A stretch of DNA of 64,000 nucleotides from assembly GCA_032718475.1 (NCBI GenBank), contig JAUCBJ010003147.1, forward strand, positions 3,627-67,626, written 5' to 3'. Shown piece by piece: positions 26,901 through 38,476 of the stretch. Under the pieces are notes generated by a model. The model was given only the letters and a program-made list of their open reading frames with translations, did no database searches and was not told where the DNA came from. Position 1 is the stretch's first letter. Every line of letters begins with the position of its first letter. A program made the translations under genes and the position numbers. Source of the DNA: Nemertoderma westbladi. Taxonomy: Eukaryota > Animalia > Xenacoelomorpha.

Positions 26901-29900
26901 GTACATGGATGTACACATGTGGTACATGGATGTACACATGTGGTACATGGATGTACACATATGGTACATGGATGTACACATGTGGTACATGGATGGTACA
27001 TGGGTGTACACATGTAGTGCATGGATGTACACATGTAGTGCATGGATGTACACATGTAGTGCATGGATGTACACATGTAGTGCATGGATGTACACATGTA
27101 GTGCATGGATGTACACATGTAGTGCATGGATGTACACATGTAGTGCATGGATGTACACATGTAGTGCATGGATGTACACATGTAGTGCATGGATGTACAC
27201 ATGTAGTGCATGGATGTACACATGTAGTGCATGGATGTACACATGTAGTGCATGGATGTACACATGTAGTGCATGGATGTACACATGTAGTGCATGGATG
27301 TACACATGTAGTGCATGGATTTACACATGTAGTTCATGGATTTACACATGTAGTTCATGGATTTACACATGTAGTTCATGGATGTACACATGTAGTTCAT
27401 GGATGTACACATGTAGTTCATGGATGTACACATGTAGTGCATGGATGTACACATGTAGTGCATGGATGTACACATGTAGTGCATGGATGTACACATGTAG
27501 TGCATGGATGTACACATGTAGTGCATGGATGTACACATGTAGTGCATGGATGTACACATGTAGTGCATGGATGTACACATGTAGTGCATGGATGTACACA
27601 TGTAGTGCATGGATGTACACATGTAGTGCATGGATGTACACATGTAGTGCATGGATGTACACATGTAGTACACTGGATGTACACATGTAGTACACTGGAT
27701 GTACACATGTAGTACACTGGATGTACACATGTAGTACACTGGATGTACACATGTAGTACACTGGATGTACACATGTAGTACACGTACACATGTAGTACAG
27801 TACACGTACACATGGAGTACAGTACACGTACACATGGAGTACAGTACACGTACACATGGAGTACAGTACACGTACACATGGAGTACAGTACACGTACACA
27901 TGGAGTACAGTACACGTACACATGGAGTACACTACACGTACACATGTAGTTCACTACACGTACACATGTAGTACACTGGATGTACACATGTAGTACACTG
28001 GATGTACACATGTAGTACACTGGATGTACACATGTAGTACACTGGATGTACACATGTAGTACACTGGAAGTACACATGTAGTACACTGGATGTACACATG
28101 TAGTACACTGGATGTACACATGTAGTACACTGGATGTACACATGTAGTACACTGGATGTACACATGTAGTACACTGGATGTACACATGTAGTACATGGGT
28201 GTACACATGTAGTACATGGGTGTACACATGTAGTACATGGGTGTACACATGTAGTACATGGATGCACACATGTAGTACATGGATGCACACATGTAGTACA
28301 TGGATGCACACATGTAGTACATGGATTTACACATGTAGTACAGTAATACACGTACACATGGAGTACAGTAATACACGTACACATGGAGTACACTACACGT
28401 ACACATGTAGTACACTACACGTACACATGTAGTACACTGGATGTACACATGTAGTACACTGGATGTACACATGTAGTACACTGGATGTACACATGTAGTA
28501 CACTACACGTACACATGTAGTACACTACACGTACACATGTAGTACAGTACACGTACACATGTAGTACAGTACACGTACACATGTAGTACAGTACACGTAC
28601 ACATGGAGTACAGTACACGTACACATGGAGTACAGTACACGTACACATGGAGTACAATAATACACGTACACATGGAGTACAGTAATACACGTACACATGG
28701 AGTACACTACACGTACACATGGAGTACACTACACGTACACATGTAGTACACTACACGTACACATGTAGTACACTGGATGTACACATGTAGTACACTGGAT
28801 GTACACATGTAGTACACTGGATGTACACATGTACAGTACACGTACACATGGAGTACAGTACACGTACACATGGAGTACAGTACACGTACACATGGAGTAC
28901 AGTACACGTACACATGGAGTACAGTACACGTACACATGGAGTACAGTACACGTACACATGGAGTACAGTACACGTACACATGGAGTACACTACACGTACA
29001 CATGTAGTACACTACACGTACACATGTAGTACACTACACGTACACATGTAGTACACTACACGTACACATGTAGTACAGTACACGTACACATGTAGTACAG
29101 TACACGTACACATGTAGTACAGTACACGTACACATGGAGTACAGTACACGTACACATGGAGTACAGTAATACACGTACACATGGAGTACAGTAATACACG
29201 TACACATGGAGTACACTACACGTACACATGTAGTACACTGGATGTACACATGTAGTACATGGGTGTACACATGTAGTACATGGATGCACACATGTAGTAC
29301 ATGGATGCACACATGTAGTACATGGATGCACACATGTAGTACATGGATTTACACATGTAGTACATGGATTTACACATGTAGTACATGGATTTACACATGT
29401 AGTACATGGATTTACACATGTAGTACATGGATTTACACATGTAGTACATGGATTTACACATGTAGTACATGGATTTACACATGTAGTACATGGATTTACA
29501 CATGTAGTATTTCCGGTAGCTATCATAGTATAATTAATTGTAATTAACACTTAATTTTTTTTCCTTTTAGGATACGGATACAAACACTCCAATTCGTTTA
29601 GATTCATTAAGAACACGTATCCTTTTGGGACCCACCTGCATGCTCCCTAGTGTCTCACCATTAGTCGTCCCTTCATTCTCCCCTAGAATGGAGACTCCTG
29701 CCTTTTCACCATTGGCTAGATGTACTCCCACGTTTTCCCCACTCGTGGATGTTTCTCCTGGTGGCTACTCTGATCAGTCGCAGTCGACGCCGGGCATTCT
29801 ATCACCGTTTTTGAGGATGTCTGCAGTAGAGACGCCCCCTCGCTCACAATCCCGTCGACCAAAGCCACTGAACATTCGTCCACGGCGGGAGCGAGGGGGT

Positions 29901-30735
29901 CGTATAATCGGGGTGAGTTGATATAATTTTGTAGTAAAGCTTTTGGTTGAGTCGAATGAATTAAAAGTATTTTGTATAGTTGTTTGTTTTTCTATGGTTT
30001 TAGTGAATGTTGATTAAGATGCTTATTGATATATATAACGAAATTGTTTCTATTTCAATTTAATGCTTTCTAAGTCTGTTATTTATTTATTTATACTGAA
30101 ATTATTGTATTTTTCTGTATATTCTATAAATAATAATCACCCAATAATTACAGTTAATGAAACACAGCTAATTCAATAAGCATATTTCTATAGTCAATGA
30201 AACACACAGATTGGTGATTGCAGTATAGCTGTTTTTGTTGTGGCATTATTCGTTATTTCAGAGGTACTTACAGTTTGATTTATGTTTATTTTAGGATCCA
30301 ACTGGTTCAGGAACCTGTACCCCTTTCTCCACCCCAACTATGAGTCCTCGCACAGATTCTCCCGTGTTTCGGTTTGACGATGACTCAATTCGCCGGCTTA
30401 ATTCTAAGTCCGGGAAGGATACTCCTCCCCGATTTCTATCACGGCGACTATCTCCCTATGTTGTTCTATCACGTAAGGATATTGTATCAAGTCCAACACC
30501 GGATGTTGGACTAAACGCAGTACCATCTCCACCCGACGTGTTACCCAGCACAGAAATTGTACCTGGAGTGTTACCAACCGCGCCTCGTGCAACACGACAC
30601 ACACCCAGTGCGGCACCACAATCTAGTTCTAGAACACCACACACATCGACCTCAACACCCCGCCCGTCGGGTGCAACAACACAGCCTTCAAATGCAAATC
30701 CGCAGCCTTCAACATCGGGCGGGGTCCCGTCAATG
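20743..30735 (+). CDS. Spliced gene, at least 831 aa and 3'-incomplete: join(20743..20991,21666..21917,22181..22660,23064..23204,[23401..23457],23571..23816,24215..24556,29571..29912,30295..30735); two zinc knuckles, pseudo-OTU domain, S/P/T-rich regions
   Basis: GC-richer open exons sit in AT-rich introns. Each has a pyrimidine-rich YAG acceptor and a GTAAGT/GTTAGT/GTGAGT donor. Every coding exon length is a multiple of 3 and the joined frame has no stop. Confidence 0.85.
21666..21917 (+). CDS. Coding exon 2: Pro/Ser-rich, duplicated TSPSYADALRSPPR motif
   Basis: Acceptor TTTCTAG, donor GTTAGT at 21918; 84 codons. Confidence 0.82.
22181..22660 (+). CDS. Coding exon 3: OTU-like cysteine protease fold lacking catalytic residues
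   Basis: Acceptor TATTTAG, donor GTTAGT; 160 codons. LNLDVVDIPNHPLAQLSAVS...LKQHVADFM...FAAYL..L..D...DINLEAI...ITV...IHIG..GDRY follows the OTU pattern. Confidence 0.75.
23064..23204 (+). CDS. Coding exon 4 (47 codons, VLQEAIKP...SGRLASKPPT)
   Basis: Acceptor TGTTTAG, donor GTAAGT at 23205; open in phase 0. Confidence 0.8.
23401..23457 (+). CDS. Possible 19-codon mini-exon (SFFLNSHLNHGVYFELMRK)
   Basis: Acceptor TATTTTAG, weaker donor GTAACT; open in phase 0. Confidence 0.4.
23571..23816 (+). CDS. Coding exon 5: basic patch plus (V/I)GS tripeptide repeats
   Basis: Acceptor TTTCCACAG, donor GTAAGT at 23817; 82 codons. Confidence 0.82.
24215..24556 (+). CDS. Coding exon 6: second zinc knuckle CSYCQGRCGKRSHKKQTC plus acidic region
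   Basis: Acceptor TTTATTTTAG, donor GTTAGT at 24557; 114 codons; paralogous to coding exon 1. Confidence 0.85.
24629..24772. repeat. Start of the 21-bp intronic satellite, separated from the main array by a MITE
   Basis: GTACACATGTAGTACATGGAT units; this block recurs at ~25999-26140. Confidence 0.85.
24773..25778. mobile_element. hAT-like MITE, ~1.0 kb, with 8-bp TSD
   Basis: Left TIR TAGAGTTGCAACAGAGACCTGT; right end ACAGGTCTCTGTTTCAACTCA. ATGTACAC flanks both sides (24765-72, 25779-86). Multiple subterminal CCAGAG motifs at both ends; no transposase. Confidence 0.8.
25779..29508. repeat. 21/22-bp intronic minisatellite with sequential variant domains
   Basis: GTACACATGTGGTACATGGAT, then GTACACATGTAGTGCATGGAT, then 22-bp GTACACATGTAGTACACTGGAT / GTACACATGGAGTACAGTACAC, then TTACACATGTAGTACATGGAT. 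Confidence 0.98.
29571..29912 (+). CDS. Coding exon 7: S/T-P rich (repeated FSP motifs)
   Basis: Acceptor TTCCTTTTAG, donor GTGAGT at 29913; 114 codons. Confidence 0.83.
30295..30735 (+). CDS. Coding exon 8: S/P/T-rich, ends in an open donor with no in-phase downstream exon found
   Basis: Acceptor TTTATTTTAG, donor GTGAGT at 30736; 147 codons. Confidence 0.83.
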
Positions 30736-30767
30736 GTGAGTTTTATGCTAATTTAATTAATCATATT

Positions 30768-31836
30768 GTGAATCAATTGTCACGTAATTATGTAAGTGAA
30801 TCAATTCCCATGTAATTATGTAAGTGAATCAATTGCCACGTTATTATGTAAGTGAATCAATTGTCGCGCAATTATGTAAGTGATTCAATTGTCGCGCAAT
30901 TATGTAAGTGAATCAATTGTCACGTAATTATGTGAGATAATGAATTGTCATGTAATTATGTTAGTGAATAAATTGTCATGTAATTATGTAAATGAATAAA
31001 TTGTCGCGCAATTATGTAAGTGAATCAATTGTCACGTAATTATGTAAATGAATCAATTGTCATGTAATTATGTAAGTGAATCAATTGTCACGTAATTATG
31101 TGAGATAATGAATTGTCATGTAATTATGTTAGTGAATAAATTGTCATGTAATTATGTAAATGAATCAATTGTCGCGCAATTATGTAAGTGAATCAATTGT
31201 CGCGCAATTATGTAAGTGCATTTGTCACGTTATTATGTAAGTGAAACAGTGAATCAATTGTCACGTAATTATGTAAGTGAATCAATTGTTACGTTATGTA
31301 AGTGAATCAATTGTCACGCAATTATGTAAGTGAATCAATTGTCACGTAATTATGTAAGTGAATCAATTGTCACGTTATAATGTAAGTGAATCAATTGTCA
31401 CGTAATTATGTGAGATAATGAATTGTCATGTAATTATGTTAGTGAATAAATTGTCATGTAATTATGTAAATGAATCAATTGTCGCGCAATTATGTAAGTG
31501 AATCAATTGTCGCGCAATTATGTAAGTGCATTTGTCACGTTATTATGTAAGTGAAACAGTGAATCAATTGTCACGTAATTATGTAAGTGAATCAATTGTT
31601 ACGTTATGTAAGTGAATCAATTGTCACGCAATTATGTAAGTGAATCAATTGTCACGTAATTATGTAAGTGAATCAATTGTCACGTAATTATGTAAGTGAA
31701 TCAATTGTCACGTTATTATGTAAGTGAATCAATTGTCACGTTATAATGTAAGTGAATCAATTGTCGCGCAATTATGTAAGTGAATCAATTGTCACGTAAT
31801 TATGTGAGATAATGAATTGTCATGTAATTATGTAAG
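30768..31836. repeat. 28-bp minisatellite (~38 units) with a 310-bp higher-order duplication
   Basis: Unit GTGAATCAATTGTCACGTAATTATGTAA; the variant GTGAAACAGTGAATC occurs at 31241 and 31551. Confidence 0.96.
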
Positions 31837-33422
31837 ACAATCAAGTCTCACACATAGATCTCGTTTTACGTAGAATTTGTAATACCCAAAGACCTTTTGG
31901 AGGAAAGTTATTTATTGGCTGTGGAGATCACAAACAGCTAGAGCCAGTTGAGGGTAGAGTTGTCTGGCTTAGTACACACTTTTTAACAACCTTTAAAGTA
32001 GCTGTTTGTAGACATTTTGTCCGTAGTGCCAACGATCAAGAATTACAGCTTGTTATAAATATCTTGCGGTCAACAAATCCATCTCCAAATGAAATTGATC
32101 AAATGATTAATATCCTAAAGAGGCGTTGCAATTTTGTTGATACCTGGGAAGATGTCCCAGATGATGTGTTAAAGGTTGTAGGCACTAGGGCTGGTGAGCA
32201 GGAGGTATTAAAGAAATATCTGGACCGGCACCGAAATGAGTACGGAACTGTAATTATTGATAGTATTGATCAGGTCAATAACGGTAATCCAGCGGAGGAG
32301 CAATCTTGGAAAGAAACGCAAGCTACAAACATTATTACCTCAATAACAAAGTCTTGTCGTGAACCAAGACAATTGGTGTTATTTCTTAATCAGATTCTCC
32401 GATTTACATTTAATCGTTATTCTGTGCAACCACAATTTTCAAATGGTCAATTACTCTTTGTTACAAAGGTACCCACTGATAGAACAGATAGATTACATGG
32501 GGCTATTGTCCCTAAAGGTTGCCGCCGTGTCAATTCAGAGGTTGCACAAACCTGGCCTATCGTTAAACTAGAGCAGCGTAAAATGCCCCCTCCTACTACT
32601 GTTGGTTATGGTAGGAATACTATCATGGGGAGGCGAATACAATATCCTGTACGTTATTTTGGAGCGAGCACTATTCATGGTGTTCAAGGTCAAGGTACAC
32701 CTTCTATAGCAACCCAGATAACTATGGACAAACAGAGTACATATAAAATTTGGCTTAAAACCCAAGTAACAACTTTAATCTCAAGAGTATATTTCCTTGA
32801 CCAATTTACGTTTGTTGGGCCCACGGATGAAACTTTTAATTGTGTTAGGGTTTTAGCTAATAGAAAATCTCCAAATCAAGAGTATGTAGATCAGTTACTG
32901 CATAGTCTCAATATTCTTGATGGGCCACCACAGGAGCCAATAGCACTTGCTGACCATCCTTTCTTGCCATACTATATCGACATTCCTTCATCCCATACGG
33001 GATTTGTATATATGTTGATTAGCGTCAGATTTCCTAATGTTGTTACTTATATAGGGCAAACTGAGGAACTGAAAGCTCGGTTAAATGCTCACCAGAATAA
33101 GACAGGGTCTGAATTCACAAGAAATCCAGCCTACCATCCCTGGGCGCTTTATGCATTTGTAAGTGGCTTTCCTGGTGAAGCAAAGAGTGCACTCAATACT
33201 GATTACCGTAAGGAATTTGAGACTCAATGGCACCATGATACTGATACCAACAGAAGTGGTGGTAATACAACTCATAGTAGAGAATATATCTATAACATTG
33301 GGATTGAGATTGTACGTCAGTATAACACTGATCATTTATATCATGATGAAAATGAAGATCCTCAGAAATTTGAATTGATAATGGTTCAATGTCAACGTAT
33401 AAATGTTATTGCCAATGAATAA
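31836..33422 (+). CDS. 5'-truncated PIF1-family (SF1B) helicase fused to an SLX1-like GIY-YIG endonuclease; 528-aa stop-to-stop frame
   Basis: The frame is open upstream of the ORF-track start: HIDLVLRRICNTQRPFGGKLFIGCGDHKQLEPV (motif III), HFVRSAND (IV), RRIQYPVRYFGASTIHGVQGQ (V, ~32631), QVTTLISRV (VI, ~32763). From 33000: GFVYMLIS..TYIGQT..LKARLNAH..GSEFT..PWAL..VSGF..FETQW. Walker A/B absent. Confidence 0.88.
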   Translation, partial: DNQVSHIDLVLRRICNTQRPFGGKLFIGCGDHKQLEPVEGRVVWLSTHFLTTFKVAVCRHFVRSANDQELQLVINILRSTNPSPNEIDQMINILKRRCNFVDTWEDVPDDVLKVVGTRAGEQEVLKKYLDRHRNEYGTVIIDSIDQVNNGNPAEEQSWKETQATNIITSITKSCREPRQLVLFLNQILRFTFNRYSVQPQFSNGQLLFVTKVPTDRTDRLHGAIVPKGCRRVNSEVAQTWPIVKLEQRKMPPPTTVGYGRNTIMGRRIQYPVRYFGASTIHGVQGQGTPSIATQITMDKQSTYKIWLKTQVTTLISRVYFLDQFTFVGPTDETFNCVRVLANRKSPNQEYVDQLLHSLNILDGPPQEPIALADHPFLPYYIDIPSSHTGFVYMLISVRFPNVVTYIGQTEELKARLNAHQNKTGSEFTRNPAYHPWALYAFVSGFPGEAKSALNTDYRKEFETQWHHDTDTNRSGGNTTHSREYIYNIGIEIVRQYNTDHLYHDENEDPQKFELIMVQCQRINVIANE

Positions 33423-36400
33423 GTTATTGACTTTCTGAATATTATTAGGCAATACTTTTGACCATTTTTATCAATTTATATCTCGTAAATTATAGCCATT
33501 ACTTATATAGGGATACGCATTTAATATTGTGAGTAATCTTAGGAAAACATTTGCGTATCACAACATATAATATAGATATTCTATTGTAAAAAAAATAAAG
33601 AATATCATTATATTCATATATATTATTATAGCAATGTCAATATATATTATCATAGCTTAAGATAACACTTAAAGCTACTTATAATAGCTTAAGATAACAC
33701 TTAAAGCTACTTATAATAATCTGGGAATATATCACTCTTAATAATTGATACTAAGAAAGGCTATCAATAACATAGATATTCTATTATGAAAAACTGCTTT
33801 AAAGTATATGAAAAGCTTAACAAAGAATATCATATATTATGAATATATATTATTATAGCAATGTGAATATATATTATCATAGCTTAAGTGTTATATGGCT
33901 CAAATTCAATTTTTATCAAATTTTACTTTTGATACTTTTTATACATACTTTTTATACAATTCCATATTTTAAGTAATGATTTATCAGCTGATGAAGTTTT
34001 GAACATTTTTAACCAATGGCAAGTGATGATTTATGCTAAAGTGAAGCACTATATCCTAGTGAACATTACTTTACTGCAGAAAAGCCCTTGGGCAATATTT
34101 TACTGCAGAAAGGCCCTATATGTCTCTAAATTTATTCTTCTGAATAATTTCAATGGCTCCTGAATAATTTCAATTTTTACTTAATTATTGAATAATATGT
34201 GCTTAATTTACTTCTATTTTTGAACCTTATAACACTTAAAGCTACTTACATTATAAACTGGGTAGATATCACTCTTAAATGATACTAAGAAAGGCTATCA
34301 ATACATTAGTATCTAACTTTAACTGTACCCAGTTAATACTCAGTCATTAGTTGAGACTGGCATTAGTGTCTAAGCCAATTTAAAATATTCATAATAATAA
34401 GAATATAGCTTAGACTAAAATATGAGTATGCCACAATGTTTATATACTTATAATCTATAATCTAATAATAATAAATAATATAACTAATAGAAAATACTAT
34501 AAAATAATTTATATATATTATATATCATATAGTTTTTAAAATTAAATTATGATTTTTAAACTTTAATTTAATGTAATTTTTTTATATAGTAAAAAATTTG
34601 AATATATTTTATACCTATTTATTTTATATAAAATTTGAATATATTTTATACTTCTATTTTTATTTTTCTATATTTTTATTTAATATATTTATAATTTTAT
34701 ACTTATAATTTTATATTTATTTATATATTTATTTATATATTTGATATATATTGTTTTCTATAACGAATGAAAAATTTAAACAAATTGTTAAATGAATATA
34801 TTCTTTTGATAAATTGCTGTTTAATTTGTTATGACAATTTGGTGCAATATTGTCTTACAGCCATTCATTTCATCCATCTGTGCTCTAAGTAACCCTATAA
34901 ACGGCTCTGCTGAACAGTATAGATTACAGTAGAAAATCATATCATCTTCACTCACTTTCCCTAAAGTTAGCTGAGTCATATCATTGGCTGTTAAAATGAT
35001 TGTTTGCATCACATTGAATGGTGACATACTAAAACAGCATTATATATATTCTAATAATAATTCAATTTGTTAAAATTATCTTGATTCACTATATAAACAA
35101 TCTATATATCAAATATAATAAATAAATAATACTATTCATTATTTATATTTTATTTTAGTAATAATTAAATTATGAAATAATAATTATAATAATTAATTAA
35201 AAAACAAATAATTATATAACTAAATAAATTAGATATTGTGGCATACTTTATCCTGGTTTCTATTGCCAGAGTTTTATTGCCAGTTTACTTCACAGTAAAC
35301 TGAAATATTATACTGTAGCACAGTATAATATTATATTGGTGAGGATAGGTATGGCTAATGGGGAGATGGGAGGCCATACTCATAACAATATGTTATGATA
35401 TAATAAAGTGCTATAGTATAATATAATTTGGTGAGGATAGGTATGGCTAAAGGGGAGATGGGAGGCCATACACTCATAACAAATTGTTATGATTATATTC
35501 GATTTCATAAATTGACGAAATCATATATAAAACACCCTAAAATGCTTAGATGTAACTTATAGAGAACCCAATAATTGAGAGTTTCTCCATTGCGGTACTG
35601 AAATGTATCCATATCATTGATCTACATATTAGGGTGTTTTAATTTTAAACTTAAACTTTTATTCAAAATTGTTAGTATATCTTTAACTATTAATTAATTT
35701 ACAGTACTATAATTATATAATGGTTTTCTATAGAATAAGGTAGTATTTTATAAACTTTTATATTTTTTTCTTGACTCATTTTCAGCTTGTCGATCATCAT
35801 CAATTATTAGCAATAACTGCCATATTATCATTCTTCATCATCATCATCAATCATATGTGCTTCATCATAACTAATCTGAAGTAATCTTATATCGCAAATA
35901 ATAAGTTCTAATTAAAATATTTTGGAGTAGTATATAGTTTGTATATTATTTTGCAAAGCCTGAAATAGCCATTCTTATAAATTGACATTTCAAAACTATT
36001 TTGTGATATTGACCATTCTCAAAAATGGTCTTCAATTATACAAATATAATATTGACAAAATTATATATGAAACACCCTAAAATGCTTAGATATAACTTAA
36101 TAAATGGAATAGTTTGAGTCAAAAACTCAACAGGAACCCAACAATAATTGAGAGTTCCAGGACTGAAAAGTCCTTATCTAATTTCCATTGTGGTACTGAA
36201 ATGTATCCATATCATTGATCTAACATATTGGGATGTTTTAATTTTTTATCAAAAATTTTAAGTATATCTTGAACTATTAATTAATTTATAATATTATATT
36301 TACTTCATGGGTTTTTATAGCATAAGGTAGTATTTTATAAACTTATATATTTTTTTTGAACTTATTATTATTAGGTTGTCCATTATCATCAATTATTACC

Positions 36401-36900
36401 AATAACTGCTATATTATCATTCTCCATCATCTACCAAATCTGTTACATCATAACCAATTTCAAGTAATCCTGTATCATAAATAATAAGTACTACATTATC
36501 ATTAATCATAAGTTATCTAGTTCTCTATTATTATTATTTTATTACCAGTGATCATAACTGTGATTATAATGAATTTACTTTGATTAATTTCATCTCTTAT
36601 TATAAATTATAGTATTGCTTTTCTTAATATTATTATTATATTATTAATATTATTATATTAATATTATTATTCATTATTAATAGCTTACAAATTTTAATAT
36701 TCAAATATATTATATTAGAATGATATACTTATATTTAATACTTCATTAAAATTGTTTTGAAGTAATTACTATATATCATAAATAATCTTCATTATCATCA
36801 ATCATAAGTGCTCCAGTTCTCTATCCATCAACTATCAATATTTGCTAGTACTCAATTATCATAAGTGCTTATTATCAAAAATATATTATAATAAATATTA

Positions 36901-37529
36901 GGCACTAGTAAAGGAAAAGAATCCATAAATTATTTTTTCTAATATAAATTTTATTGTGAATAATTCTTGGATATATATTATGATTTGATTGTTACATAAA
37001 TCTTGTTACATCTTTTGAGAGACATTACCTATTTTTGTTAATAAAAGCAAGTTTTTTTAAGGCAACTCTTTTTAAAATTATAAACCCAATTTTTATTACC
37101 TACTTTTTAATAAAAACATTAGACTTTTAATAGATTTTTTTCATTTTTTTTTGTTCTAGAATATAAATTTTTCCCTCTATGCTATATATTGTTTTTTTAT
37201 GTAATATTTTTAATATTATAATAGAAAATTTCAGTGCGTATAGAATTTTCTTACTATCTAATTAATAATAGGTACTATCTAATAGAAAAATTAAATTACT
37301 GATATTCCTTATAATTTGATTTTTACTGCTCAAAATTGATTTACAATTTCTATATTATAATTATAATTTTTTTAATTAGCTAATAATAAGTAGTAGGTAA
37401 TGAATTTCTTATTCTAATTTAGACCTCATATAAAGAAAAACAAATTTTTTTCTATATACCTTTAATAATTATAATATAAAGTAACAAAAACACATTTTTA
37501 TTTTGGATTTGTTTTCCTCTACTAGTGCC
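36901..37529. mobile_element. Old AT-rich MITE-like element (possibly PIF/Harbinger), copy 1
   Basis: GGCACTAGTAAAGGAAAA ... TTTTCCTCTACTAGTGCC inverted termini. Left flank TTA, right flank AAA (TSD imperfect). Confidence 0.6.
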
Positions 37530-38476
37530 AAATATAGGTGAGGTACGGTATGGCTGAAGGGGTGTTGGGAGGCCATATATTATAATATTTTTTTATAATA
37601 CTGCCAACATAACTTCTTTATCATCATGAATCATATCTCGAACTATGCTCCATCATTACATTACCAATCTGAACTAATCCTCTATAAAGTTCCCATTATC
37701 AATCTATCATAAGTAATCATAAGTATTACTTTTCTTAATAATATTATTATATTATTATTATTATTATATTATTATTATTATTAATTATTCATTATTTATT
37801 AATAGCTTATAATTTTTAATATTCAAACTATTAGAATAATATACTTATATTTAATACTTCATTAAATTTGTTTTGAAGTAATATACTACTATTACTGATA
37901 AATTCATCCATTGACAAAATTATATATGAAACACCCTAAAATGCTTAGATGTAACTTAATAAATGGAATGAGTCAAAAACTCAACTGGAGCCCAATAATT
38001 GAGAGTTCCTCCATTGTGGTACTGAAATGTATCCATATCATTGATCTAACATATTAGAGTGTTTTAATTTTAAACTTAAACTTTTATCCAAAATTTTAAG
38101 TATATCTTGAACTATTAATTAATTTATATTATTATATTTACTATAATTATTATTATTATATTAATATTCATTATTAATAGCTTATAAGTTTTAATTGAAA
38201 CTAAACTTGAAATACTAATTAATTTACATTTTTATATTTACTTCATGGTTTTGTATGTAGTACTTTATAAACTTTATATTTTTTTGGAACTCATTATTAG
38301 CTACCAATAACTGCTATATTATCAGTCTCTATCATCACCTACCAAATATGTTCCATCATTATCATTAATCATAAGTGCTCCAGTTCTCTTTATCTTCAAT
38401 TATCAATATTTGCAAGTACTCCATTGTTTACAAATCATAAGTGCTTATTATCAAAAATATATTATAATAAATATTA

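Larger units (their letters stand above)
17359..33422 (+). mobile_element. Putative Helitron/Helentron-related element core (SGNH + ZnF/OTU-like gene + PIF1-GIY-YIG), internally deleted; true termini not found
   Basis: SGNH hydrolase, OTU-like domain and PIF1 helicase occur together, a combination known from Helentron-type Helitrons. The SGNH and helicase frames are intronless and the region is embedded in satellites. No HUH Rep seen, so the classification is inferred. Confidence 0.6.

Noticed and set aside
25613-29550. Long Cys/His-rich ORFs of up to 633 aa on both strands
   Set aside because: They are translations of a stop-poor 21-bp satellite that is open in most frames and lies inside a predicted intron.
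31836-33422. Host PIF1 or SLX1 gene, or a Penelope-like retroelement
   Set aside because: Intronless, truncated and divergent in motifs V/VI; lacks the SLX1 C-terminal RING-like domain; no reverse transcriptase nearby. No gene symbol assigned.
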